From: an uncultured Desulfospira sp.
Lineage (GTDB): Bacteria > Desulfobacterota > Desulfobacteria > Desulfobacterales > Desulfobacteraceae
Length of the DNA: 64,000 bases
Reading direction: 5' to 3'
Assembly (NCBI GenBank): GCA_963663165.1
Contig: OY760175.1
Span: 3,488,001-3,552,000 of the forward strand
Shown here: in pieces, positions 10,173 to 19,134 of the stretch
Layout of the letters: each line of letters starts with the position of its first letter
How positions within the stretch are numbered: the first letter of the stretch is position 1
Translations under genes and position numbers: made by a program
Notes under the pieces: model-generated
Told to the model about the DNA's origin: nothing
The model's database searches: none
The model's input: the letters and a program-made list of their open reading frames with translations, nothing else

Positions 10173-11354
10173 CTACCGCAACAGCTCTTCCAACACCGTT
10201 TCCAGGATCCCGGCCATGGCGTCGATCTCCTGAACCGTGACGGTCAGGGCCGGCATAAACCTGAGAAGATTCGGTCTTGGGGCATTAAGGATCAGCCCCT
10301 TTGCCAGGGCAAGGTCAACCGCTTTCCCGGAAATCTCCTGATTCAGGTCCAGGGCGGCCAGAAGGCCAAACCCCCTGACCTCTCCCAGAGAAAATCGTTC
10401 TGATACCCCTTTTAACCGGTCTGCCAGATGTGTCCCCAGGGTCCGGACATTTTCCAGGAATCCCGGACCGGTCACAGCATCCATGACCGTACAGCCCACG
10501 GCCGTCATCAGGGGGCTGCCGTTAAAGGTGCCCCCCTGATCCCCGTGGGCAAAACAGGATGCCGCCTCTGTGGCCGCCATGGCCGCCAGGGGAACCCCGC
10601 CCCCCAGCATTTTGCCCAGGGTCATGATGTCCGGGGACACCCCGGCATGCTCATGCCCCCACAGCCTTCCGGTCCGGCCCATGCCGGTCTGGATTTCATC
10701 CACGATCAGCAGCAGGTTCTTCTGACGGGTCAGATCCCGGAGTTCCTTTAAAAATGCCGGGTCGGCCGGAATAACCCCGGCCTCTCCCTGGACCGGCTCC
10801 ACCATGACGGCCGTTGTCTGGTCGCCAATCAATCGGGAGACCGACTCAATATCGTTGAGACGGGCCTTGGGAAAGCCTTTTACCTTAGGCTCAAACAGCG
10901 TTTCAAACTGGGGCTTGCCCGATGCCGACATGGCGGCCAGGGTCCTTCCGTGAAAAGAATTCACAAAGGTGATAATCTCAAAAGCGCCGTTTTTGTTCAA
11001 CTGCCCCCATTTTCTGGCCAGTTTAATGGCCCCCTCGTTGGCCTCGGCACCGGAATTGGTAAAAAAGACCCGGTCAAAGCAGCTGTTTTCCGTGATCCTG
11101 CGGGCAAGGTCTATGGAGGGCCGGTTAAAAAACGCCGGGCTTGGGGTAATCAGGGTCCGGGACTGCTCTGAAAGGACTTGGGCAATACATTCCGGGCTGT
11201 GGCCCAGGCAGTTCACGGCCCAGCCCTGGACAAAGTCAAGGTAGGACTTGCCCTGGTCATCCCAGAGCCAGGATCCCTGGCCTTTGACAAAAATCTGGGG
11301 CGGCCGGGGGGTGATATCCATTAAACAGGAGGTTTCAATTTTATTGGATGGCAT
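10173..11354 (-). CDS. argD: Acetylornithine aminotransferase (class III PLP)
   Basis: [49 protein letters not shown]. Confidence 0.88.
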   Translation of the reverse strand: MPSNKIETSCLMDITPRPPQIFVKGQGSWLWDDQGKSYLDFVQGWAVNCLGHSPECIAQVLSEQSRTLITPSPAFFNRPSIDLARRITENSCFDRVFFTNSGAEANEGAIKLARKWGQLNKNGAFEIITFVNSFHGRTLAAMSASGKPQFETLFEPKVKGFPKARLNDIESVSRLIGDQTTAVMVEPVQGEAGVIPADPAFLKELRDLTRQKNLLLIVDEIQTGMGRTGRLWGHEHAGVSPDIMTLGKMLGGGVPLAAMAATEAASCFAHGDQGGTFNGSPLMTAVGCTVMDAVTGPGFLENVRTLGTHLADRLKGVSERFSLGEVRGFGLLAALDLNQEISGKAVDLALAKGLILNAPRPNLLRFMPALTVTVQEIDAMAGILETVLEELLR

Positions 11355-11392
11355 GGTTCTCTTTGATATGAATTAATTTTGGGCTGTAATAT

Positions 11393-12481
11393 TTAATTAG
11401 GCGAAGATTCCCGCCAGACGGTGGTCCGGTTTCTGCCTTCCGCTTTGGAGCGGTAAAGGGCCTGGTCTGCCCGGCTGATCCACTCTTCCCGGGTCAGGGG
11501 ACGGGGACGGGCCTGGTTTTCGGCAATCCCCATGGACACGGTAATGGACAAGTGCCGGTCCGGGTCCACCTTTCCGGTGTCGTCAATGGCGGAAAATTTA
11601 TGGGCGGCAATGTCACTTCTGATCCGCTCGACAATTGAAAAGGCATTCAGGGCGTCGGTGGTTTCAAATATCATGAGGAACTCCTCTCCCCCGTACCGGC
11701 CGGCCACATCAAAATCCTCCCTCATGGAGGCCTTTAACAGCCCGCCGATCTGCCTTAAAACAATATCCCCCTGAAGGTGGCCATAGGTATCGTTGACCTT
11801 TTTAAAATGGTCTATGTCACAAATGGCAATGGAGGCATGGGTTCCCGAATTTCTGGCAAACCGTCTGCAGACCCAGTCCACCTCCTCCTTAATCTTGCGG
11901 GAGTTGTACAGGCCGGTAAGGTTGTCGTTCACGGCCAGTTCCTCAAACTGTTCTTTGATCAGGACGGTGCTCAGGTAATTGCACAAAATTTCCCATGCAC
12001 TGGCCTGATAATCCCTGTTGGCAAATTTGTTGTCGCGGCCAAGGCCGCCGAAGAGATATCCGCCCCCAAATGTATCGGGCAGGTAAACAAAGCCCATGAT
12101 ATTGCAGCCGCCAGCGGTCTTGTCAGCCGAGACCTTCCGGGTCTGAAAGGCTTTGATCTCATTGATGAACATGAAATTGGGATTTTTAAAGCTCAACTGG
12201 AACCGTCTGTTTTGATACAGGTCTTGTCTTAACTGTTTCGGGTCAGATACCCGGACCACCCTGAGCATGAGGGCGTCATCCACCACGTTGGTCACCTTGT
12301 ACAGCACACTCACATCAAAGCACATGGTCTCTTGAATGATCCCCAGGGATTTCTCAAAAAAATGATCCACATCCTTGCCCCCTTCTACCGAAGCAAAATA
12401 GGAGCTGAGTTCCCCCAGCTGCTTCAAAATATGTCCGGGATCTGTTTGCGCTTTATCCATAAGGCTATACCAATTTCCCAT
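11393..12481 (-). CDS. Diguanylate cyclase (GGDEF) with soluble, GAF-like N-terminus
   Basis: DNLTGLYN, DIDHFKKVNDTYGH, RYGGEEF, ADQALY. Confidence 0.92.
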   Translation of the reverse strand: MGNWYSLMDKAQTDPGHILKQLGELSSYFASVEGGKDVDHFFEKSLGIIQETMCFDVSVLYKVTNVVDDALMLRVVRVSDPKQLRQDLYQNRRFQLSFKNPNFMFINEIKAFQTRKVSADKTAGGCNIMGFVYLPDTFGGGYLFGGLGRDNKFANRDYQASAWEILCNYLSTVLIKEQFEELAVNDNLTGLYNSRKIKEEVDWVCRRFARNSGTHASIAICDIDHFKKVNDTYGHLQGDIVLRQIGGLLKASMREDFDVAGRYGGEEFLMIFETTDALNAFSIVERIRSDIAAHKFSAIDDTGKVDPDRHLSITVSMGIAENQARPRPLTREEWISRADQALYRSKAEGRNRTTVWRESSPN

Positions 12482-12709
12482 CCATTGTGATATGAGACCC
12501 TAAATCCTTTAAAATTCGGAAAGAAATTTTTTTTCTGAAATCAACATAACAAATATAAGAATGAAAAGTAAATCCGAAACAGCCGGCAAAAGACAAGAAA
12601 ATGGCCCTGCTGTCTGTTTCCGGAACTCCGGACAGGTGACTTTATCGCTTACATTAACAAAACATATTTAACGGCCCTGGCGGCCGCCCCAAACGGTGAG
12701 ATCTTTGAA

Positions 12710-13957
12710 TTGGAGGGCTACGGGGCCGCCGGGATGTCCTGCAGCCGGTTCTTTGCCCTGGTCAGGAATGAAACGGTTGACATGCCCTACGGCAGCGAAC
12801 TGATGATGCTCCCGGACCGCTCCCCGGTGGTTTACAACATCCCGAAAAAACGGTTTGAAATTTTAACCCGCAACCCCTATGCCCCTGATGAACGGATTTT
12901 TCCCGTGGCGGTATTTAATTCTCCGGGATATGTGAACCGGCATTTTTGCGCCTATGACGATGCCGGTGCCAAGGGCCTGCTGCCCCTGTTTTCCTACGGG
13001 GCTGTGGGATTTGGGAAAAATGATTTCCGGTCTGCCGCTATCCTGGTGGATGACGAACCAAGACAGGATTTAAGGCGGATGCCAAGGGAAAAAATCCTTA
13101 CGGGTGTCCAGCTGATGCAGCAACGCTATCCCGAAAACCGGCTCATGCGCCACCTTGAAACCTGTGCCCTGGAATACGGATGCCCGGCCGGGAAAAATTT
13201 TTTCCTTGAACGGTATGAGGCACCCCTTCCCACGGCCATGACCTGCAACGCCAATTGCCTTGGCTGCATTTCCCTGCAGACCCAGAACAATTTGTGCGCC
13301 TGCCAGGACCGGATCGCCTTTACCCCGACGCCTGAAGAGATCGCCCAGGTCAGCCTCGAACACATCGGCAAGGTCAAGAAGGCCGTGGTCAGTTTCGGCC
13401 AGGGGTGTGAAGGGGAGCCCCTGACGGCGGCCAAGGTCATTGAACCGGCCATCCGGCTGATCCGGGAAAAGACCGATCAGGGGACCATTAACCTGAACTC
13501 CAATGCCAGCCTTCCCGGGCAGGTGGAAAGACTTTGTAAAGCCGGCCTTGACAGCATGCGGGCCAGCATGAATTCAGTCAGACAAGCGGTTTACACCGCC
13601 TATTTCAGGCCCAAGTCATATGCGTTTAAAGATGTCCTGGCGAGCATTGATACGGCCCGAAAACACGGCCGGTTCGTGGCCATCAACTATTTAAACTGTC
13701 CCGGGGTGACAGACTCTGAAAAAGAGGCAAAGGCCCTGTTTGCCTTTATCCGGGACCATGACATCAACATGATCCAGTGGCGCAACCTCAACTATGATCC
13801 CAGGGCCTATTGGCGGGCCATGGAAGATGTGGAACCCGGAGGGGATGCCATGGGCATGGAAACACTGATCCGGGAGTTAAGCCGGGAATTTCCCCACCTG
13901 ATTCACGGGTATTTTAATCCCCCAAAGGAAAACCATGTCAGACTTTCAAAAAAATAA
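12710..13957 (+). CDS. Radical SAM protein of unknown function (true start probably upstream, see findings)
   Basis: CNANCLGC (CxxxCxxC); SFGQGCEGEP. Confidence 0.9.
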   Translation: MEGYGAAGMSCSRFFALVRNETVDMPYGSELMMLPDRSPVVYNIPKKRFEILTRNPYAPDERIFPVAVFNSPGYVNRHFCAYDDAGAKGLLPLFSYGAVGFGKNDFRSAAILVDDEPRQDLRRMPREKILTGVQLMQQRYPENRLMRHLETCALEYGCPAGKNFFLERYEAPLPTAMTCNANCLGCISLQTQNNLCACQDRIAFTPTPEEIAQVSLEHIGKVKKAVVSFGQGCEGEPLTAAKVIEPAIRLIREKTDQGTINLNSNASLPGQVERLCKAGLDSMRASMNSVRQAVYTAYFRPKSYAFKDVLASIDTARKHGRFVAINYLNCPGVTDSEKEAKALFAFIRDHDINMIQWRNLNYDPRAYWRAMEDVEPGGDAMGMETLIRELSREFPHLIHGYFNPPKENHVRLSKK

Positions 13958-15077
13958 GCCTGAAAAGATACAGGTCATTGACCAGACCTTAAGGGAGGGC
14001 ATGCAGTTTCGGGGGCTTGTCTTTTCCCTGGACCAGCGGATTGAAATTCTTAACTTCCAGGAACAGCTCGGTGTGGCGGTCTGCCAGGCCGGATACCCGG
14101 CCGCCCACGAAAAAGAGGCCGATATCGTGGCCCGGGTGGCGGCCCACGCCAAAGCCAGCCAATTTAAAATCCGGACCGCCGCATTGGGACGGGCAGTTGA
14201 AAGAGATGCCCGGACCATGATGGACACCGGGGTGGACGACATCCACCTTCATTTTCATGTCAAGCCTGGTGCCCAGGAAAATGACCTTGCCTCCCTGTTC
14301 GAGGACCTTGAAGGGGTGATCTGCCTTATCCGGACGCAAAAACCCGCTGCCAAAATCAGCATGGCCATGCTGGATCTGGGCCGGACACCGGACAACCTGT
14401 TAACGGCCTGCCTTAATTTTCTGGCCGGCAAACCGGCCATTGATACCATCTCTCTTCCCGACACCTCGGGCATCATGGCCCCGGTCCGGGTATACGAAAA
14501 AATCAGCGCCGCCCTTCCCCTTTGCGGGCAGGCCGATATCAGCGTCCACTGCCACAATGATCTCGGGGCCGCTTCGGCCAACGGGTTCATGGGCATCCTG
14601 GCCGGGGCCAAAGTTCTGGAAGCCTCGGCTTTGGGAATTGGGGAAAGAAACGGGATCAGTGATCTGTACACCACGGCCCGGCTGCTGGCGGATGAAGGGG
14701 TGGACACGGGCCTGAACCTGGATGACACCCCATTGTTCAAAGCCTATTACTCCTTTGTGGATAACATCGTGTTTGAACAGACCGGAGAACACCTGTTCGG
14801 GTATGCCTTCCCCGGTTTTGGCCCGGGAACCAAAACCCATGTGGCCGGCACCCATGCGGGAAAACATTTCGGGACCACGGAAAACCAGGAATTTTACTTA
14901 AATGTGCTGTGCGGCAAGGGGCTGGTCAGGCAGTACCTGGCCCTGGCGTTCCCGGACCGCAGCGTTTCCGGATCTGTGCTGGAAAAAATCAGTGCCGCCG
15001 TCAAATTACAGAGTATCACCGCAGGCCGCTGTCTGACCAAGGCTGACGTTCAGGCCATACTGAATTCATATTCATAA
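13935..15077 (+). CDS. DRE-TIM acyl-CoA/2-oxoacid condensing enzyme, homocitrate-synthase-like
   Basis: DQTLREGMQ, LPDTSG, HCHNDLG, GIGERNG; no LeuA regulatory domain. Confidence 0.82.
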   Translation: MSDFQKNKPEKIQVIDQTLREGMQFRGLVFSLDQRIEILNFQEQLGVAVCQAGYPAAHEKEADIVARVAAHAKASQFKIRTAALGRAVERDARTMMDTGVDDIHLHFHVKPGAQENDLASLFEDLEGVICLIRTQKPAAKISMAMLDLGRTPDNLLTACLNFLAGKPAIDTISLPDTSGIMAPVRVYEKISAALPLCGQADISVHCHNDLGAASANGFMGILAGAKVLEASALGIGERNGISDLYTTARLLADEGVDTGLNLDDTPLFKAYYSFVDNIVFEQTGEHLFGYAFPGFGPGTKTHVAGTHAGKHFGTTENQEFYLNVLCGKGLVRQYLALAFPDRSVSGSVLEKISAAVKLQSITAGRCLTKADVQAILNSYS

Positions 15078-15184
15078 AATCCAAAATCTACAAGAAAACA
15101 TTTGCATTACAGGTTTTTATCTGATTTAATCATCGTTTTTCAGGCTGTAACCGATATTGGGTTTCAGAAAAGGGAAGACAAAGT

Positions 15185-15868
15185 TTGGATATAGACCTTA
15201 AGGGCATTGTGATCATTGTGGGCAACTATGGTTCGGGAAAATCCGAAACTGCGGTAAACCTGGCCGCCCAAAGCATCAAAAGCGGGAAATCCGTCAAAAT
15301 AGCGGATCTTGACCTGGTCAATCCCTATTTTAGAACCCGGGAGGCCCGGATTCCCCTGGAAAGCTTAGGGGTGTCGGTGGTGCTGCCGGATAAACAATAC
15401 ATGTATGCGGACCTGCCCATCCTGACCCCGGCCGTTGCCGGAATGATTCAGAACCCGGCAGACCTGACCATCCTGGATGCCGGGGGAGACGACGTGGGGG
15501 TGACGGTTCTGGCCGCCCTTGAAGATTTCTTAAAGAAAAAACAAATTTCCATGCTCCAGGTCATCAACCCTTACAGGCCCTTTACCCAGGACGTTCAAGG
15601 CTGCCTGAAGATCCTCAGGGAGATTGAAATTTCCTCCAAACTCAAGGTCACGGGACTGATTTCCAACGCCAACCTTATTGACGCGACAGAACCTGAACAT
15701 ATTATTAAGGGATATGAACTGGTTAAAGAGGTTTCCCGGGAAACCGGACTGAAACTTGAATTTATAACGGCCTGCCCCCAGGTATTAAAGAAGATGGATA
15801 CCAAACAATTTGACTGTCCGATCCTGCCCATTGACAGGACACTTTTACCCCCCTGGAAGCGCAGCTAA
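15185..15868 (+). CDS. P-loop nucleotide-binding protein (CobQ/MinD/ParA-like) of the type found before vor operons
   Basis: GNYGSGKSE; ADLDLVNPYFRTRE; DAGGDD. Confidence 0.85.
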   Translation: MDIDLKGIVIIVGNYGSGKSETAVNLAAQSIKSGKSVKIADLDLVNPYFRTREARIPLESLGVSVVLPDKQYMYADLPILTPAVAGMIQNPADLTILDAGGDDVGVTVLAALEDFLKKKQISMLQVINPYRPFTQDVQGCLKILREIEISSKLKVTGLISNANLIDATEPEHIIKGYELVKEVSRETGLKLEFITACPQVLKKMDTKQFDCPILPIDRTLLPPWKRS

Positions 15869-15971
15869 AGGGGTTTGGGCTTTAAGAGACTCAGGCGGTT
15901 TGAATTAACCGCGCTGACCGCCTTTTGCCCATTACCCCTCAGACAATTAATTAGTGTCTGAACAAAAACCC

Positions 15972-16098
15972 GTGTTTGGATGAAAAGTTGCCCATATGCA
16001 AGGCGCATAAAAATTGGCAACCGGAGCAACCTTAAGGGTTGTGAGGATTGCAAATTTTTTTTGCAACGCAGCAGATGGGTGACTTTTCGTTCAAACAC
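15972..16098. mobile_element. 127-bp MITE-like hairpin element
   Basis: 28-bp imperfect terminal inverted repeats (15972-15999 / 16071-16098) with nested internal dyads. Confidence 0.6.
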
Positions 16099-16118
16099 CA
16101 ATCAAAGGAGTACGACAT

Positions 16119-16337
16119 ATGGCATACCAACATATCATTGATTCCGAACGGTGCAAAGGCTGCGGCCTATGCATTAACTTCTGTCCGAAGAACGTACTGG
16201 AGATCTCGGACAAGGTTAATGCCAAGGGGCATTTCCCCGCCTTCCAGGCCCGGCCCGAGGACTGTGTTTACTGCACCATCTGCTGCGTAATGTGTCCGGA
16301 TGTGGCCATCAGCATTGTTGAAACCCAGGACGCCTGA
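16119..16337 (+). CDS. 2x[4Fe-4S] ferredoxin (delta subunit) of 2-oxoacid:ferredoxin oxidoreductase
   Basis: CKGCGLCINFCP and CVYCTICCVMCP. Confidence 0.93.
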   Translation: MAYQHIIDSERCKGCGLCINFCPKNVLEISDKVNAKGHFPAFQARPEDCVYCTICCVMCPDVAISIVETQDA

Positions 16338-16408
16338 TCCCCTGAACAGGACCACCGGTAACGGCATCCCTATTTGAATTTTTTTAAACTATTTGAGGAA
16401 AATATATA

Positions 16409-17476
16409 ATGGCAAAAGTGCTAATGAAAGGAAATGAGGCCATTGCTGAAGCGGCCATCCGTGCAGGGTGCAAGAACTATTTTGCATATCCCATCACCCC
16501 CCAGTCCGAAGTGGCTGAATACCTGTCCAAGAGGCTGCCTGAAGTTGACGGGGTCTTTTTGCAGGGAGAAAGCGAAGTGGCGGTGGGCTATATGATTTTC
16601 GGTGCGGCCGCAGCCGGCGCCAGGGTGATGACCACCTCTTCCTCCCCGGGGATCAGCCTCATGAGCGAAGCCCTCTCCTATATTGCCGCGGCCCAGTGCC
16701 CGGCGGTGTTTGTCAACATCATGCGGGGCGGTCCGGGATTAGGCGGCATTCTGCCTTCCCAGGGCGACTATTTCCAGGCCACCAAAGGCGGCGGCCACGG
16801 AGACTACCATCTGCTGGTCATGGCCCCGGATGGTGTCCAGGAAGCGGTTGAAATGACCATGAAAGCCTTTCTTCTGGCAGAAAAATACAGGGGCCCGGTC
16901 ATGGTGATGGGCGACGGACTCATTGGCCAGATGATGGAGCCCGTTGAATTTCCGGAAGATTTTGACACCACCCCCCCCAACAATGACGACTGGGCCACCA
17001 CGGGCATGGACCACCGGAAAAGCAACAAAAGAAACCTGGTAAAATCCCTGTTTCTTGATCCCACCCAGCTCAACCAGAACAACCTGGAGCTTAAAGCCAA
17101 ATACATCCAGATGAAAAAAGAAGAGGTCATGTTTGAGGCTTACAATGCCGACACGGATTATCAGGTCCTGATCTGCAGTTACGGCACCATGAGCCGGGTC
17201 TGCCGCACCGCCATTGACATGCTCAAGGAACAGGGGATTGAAATTGCCATGTTCCGTCCGAAAACCTTATTTCCTTTTCCGGAACAGGCCGTCTATGACC
17301 TGGCCGCCAAAGACAGCTGCAAAACCCTGATCAGCATTGAGATGAGCATGGGCCAGATGGTCGAAGATGTCGAACGGTGCGTCAAAGGCCAAAAGCCCGT
17401 CGAATTTTACGGCGAATGCGGCGGGGCCATTCCTTCACCGGAAAAAATTATCGAAATCATTAAAGGACTGATATAG
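16409..17476 (+). CDS. vorB: 2-oxoisovalerate-type 2-oxoacid:ferredoxin oxidoreductase alpha subunit
   Basis: MKGNEAIAEAA, YPITPQSE, MRGGPGLG, TKGGGHGDY. Confidence 0.88.
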   Translation: MAKVLMKGNEAIAEAAIRAGCKNYFAYPITPQSEVAEYLSKRLPEVDGVFLQGESEVAVGYMIFGAAAAGARVMTTSSSPGISLMSEALSYIAAAQCPAVFVNIMRGGPGLGGILPSQGDYFQATKGGGHGDYHLLVMAPDGVQEAVEMTMKAFLLAEKYRGPVMVMGDGLIGQMMEPVEFPEDFDTTPPNNDDWATTGMDHRKSNKRNLVKSLFLDPTQLNQNNLELKAKYIQMKKEEVMFEAYNADTDYQVLICSYGTMSRVCRTAIDMLKEQGIEIAMFRPKTLFPFPEQAVYDLAAKDSCKTLISIEMSMGQMVEDVERCVKGQKPVEFYGECGGAIPSPEKIIEIIKGLI

Positions 17477-17484
17477 GAGAGACC

Positions 17485-18222
17485 ATGGGAAAGACATATT
17501 CCAAGCCAACGGCATTGACCGACGCCATGACCCATTACTGCCCGGGCTGCACCCACGGTATCGTACACCGCCTGGTGGCGGAAGTCATTGACGAACTGGG
17601 CATCCGGGGCAGAACCGTAGGCATCGCCCCTGTGGGATGCGCGGTGATGGCATATAACTATTTTGACTGCGATTTCCAGGAAGCGGCCCATGGCCGTGCG
17701 CCGGCCATGGCCACGGGAATGAAACGGGTCCGGCCGGACCTGATCGTGTTCACCTACCAGGGTGACGGGGACTTGGCCTCCATTGGCATGGGCGAAATCA
17801 TCCATGCCGCCAACCGGGGAGAAAAGTTCACGGTGATCTTTATCAACAACGCCATTTACGGCATGACCGGCGGCCAGATGGCCCCCACCACCATGCCGGG
17901 GCAGCGGGCCACCACGGCACCGGCCGGGCGTGACCCCCTCCTGACCGGGATGCCCATCCGCATGGCCAACCTTTTGGGAGAATTGGTGACCCCCGGGTAT
18001 GTGACCCGCCAGGCGGTTCTCAAACCCCAGATGGTAAACAAGACCAAAAAGGCCATTAAAAAGGCCTTTGAATACCAGATTGAAGGCAAGTGTTTCAGCT
18101 TTGTTGAGGTGGTCTCCACCTGTCCCACCAACTGGGGCATGACACCCCTGGATGCGTTGAAATGGGCTGAAGATACCCTTCTTCCCTATTATGAACTCGG
18201 AGATTACAAGGTCCCGGAATAG
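17485..18222 (+). CDS. 2-oxoacid:ferredoxin oxidoreductase beta (TPP-binding) subunit
   Basis: HYCPGCTHG; YQGDGDLASIG; NNAIYGMTGGQ; CPTNW. Confidence 0.92.
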   Translation: MGKTYSKPTALTDAMTHYCPGCTHGIVHRLVAEVIDELGIRGRTVGIAPVGCAVMAYNYFDCDFQEAAHGRAPAMATGMKRVRPDLIVFTYQGDGDLASIGMGEIIHAANRGEKFTVIFINNAIYGMTGGQMAPTTMPGQRATTAPAGRDPLLTGMPIRMANLLGELVTPGYVTRQAVLKPQMVNKTKKAIKKAFEYQIEGKCFSFVEVVSTCPTNWGMTPLDALKWAEDTLLPYYELGDYKVPE

Positions 18223-18257
18223 CCGCCCGGACTGTTACCATATTTTGGAGAAACTGA

Positions 18258-18794
18258 ATGCAGACAGAAATAAAATTTGCAGGATTTGGCGGCCAGGGGA
18301 TCTTGCTTTCCGCAAAACTTCTGGCCTATGCAGCAATGAAGCAGGGCTCATTTGTGGCCTGGATTCCCTCTTACGGCCCTGAAATGAGAGGCGGTACCGC
18401 CTATTGCACCGTGGTGATCAGCGACCGGCTTATCGGCTCTCCCATCATTGAAAAGCCCACCCACCTGGTGGCCATGAACCGGCCCTCCCTCGAAAAATTT
18501 GAAGGGGATGTCAAGCCCGGCGGGATCATATTTATCAATTCATCCCTGATTCCGGTGCGAAGCAGCCGGACCGACATTGACCAGCTGGTGATCCCGGTCA
18601 ATGATGTGGCCATGGAGGCCGGTTCCATCCGGGCCGCCAATATTGTGGCCTTAAGTGCTTTTGCCGCCAGAAGCAAGCTGGTGGATATGGATCTGTTGAA
18701 AAAATGCGTTAAAGAAGAGTTTGCCGCCAAGGCCAAGATCATCCCGCTGAACATGGATGCCTTTGACCGGGGCGTGGCCCTGGCTGCAAGCTAA
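18258..18794 (+). CDS. 2-oxoacid:ferredoxin oxidoreductase gamma subunit
   Basis: AGFGGQG; PSYGPEMRGG. Confidence 0.92.
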   Translation: MQTEIKFAGFGGQGILLSAKLLAYAAMKQGSFVAWIPSYGPEMRGGTAYCTVVISDRLIGSPIIEKPTHLVAMNRPSLEKFEGDVKPGGIIFINSSLIPVRSSRTDIDQLVIPVNDVAMEAGSIRAANIVALSAFAARSKLVDMDLLKKCVKEEFAAKAKIIPLNMDAFDRGVALAAS

Positions 18795-18808
18795 CGGTAT
18801 AAACTCAA

Positions 18809-18833
18809 CAGGGTGGGCAACATGCCCACCCTG
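18809..18833. repeat. REP-like hairpin related to 6143-6174
   Basis: CAGGGTGGGCA-aca-TGCCCACCCTG. Confidence 0.6.
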
Positions 18834-18857
18834 CCGAACCATAAGGATTTTTTTCCC

Positions 18858-19109
18858 ATGCTCAAAGTCTATTCGGCCAAATGGTGCCCCCACTGTGTGA
18901 AGACCATCAATTACCTGAAAGAAAACAACATTGAATTTCAGGTTATTGACATTGAATCCGAGCCGGAACCCGTTGTCCGGAAAGTCATTGACGTCAACGG
19001 GGGCGACGACTGGGTGGTTCCCACCCTGGAATTCAACGGAAAATGGCGGCCCGGCAAGGTGTTTAACGCCAAGGAACTGAAAGCGGATTTAAAAGACCTC
19101 GGGGTTTGA
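18858..19109 (+). CDS. Glutaredoxin / NrdH-like protein
   Basis: WCPHC active site, VVPTL cis-Pro; ATG 18858 after AAGGA. Confidence 0.9.
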   Translation: MLKVYSAKWCPHCVKTINYLKENNIEFQVIDIESEPEPVVRKVIDVNGGDDWVVPTLEFNGKWRPGKVFNAKELKADLKDLGV

Positions 19110-19134
19110 TCCCAGGGGATTTGAAGTCTTTGCG

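Noticed and set aside
16048..16066. TTGCAAA-N5-TTTGCAA as a Rex-type operator
   Set aside because: Poor match to TTGTGAA-N4-TTCACAA and it lies inside the hairpin element.
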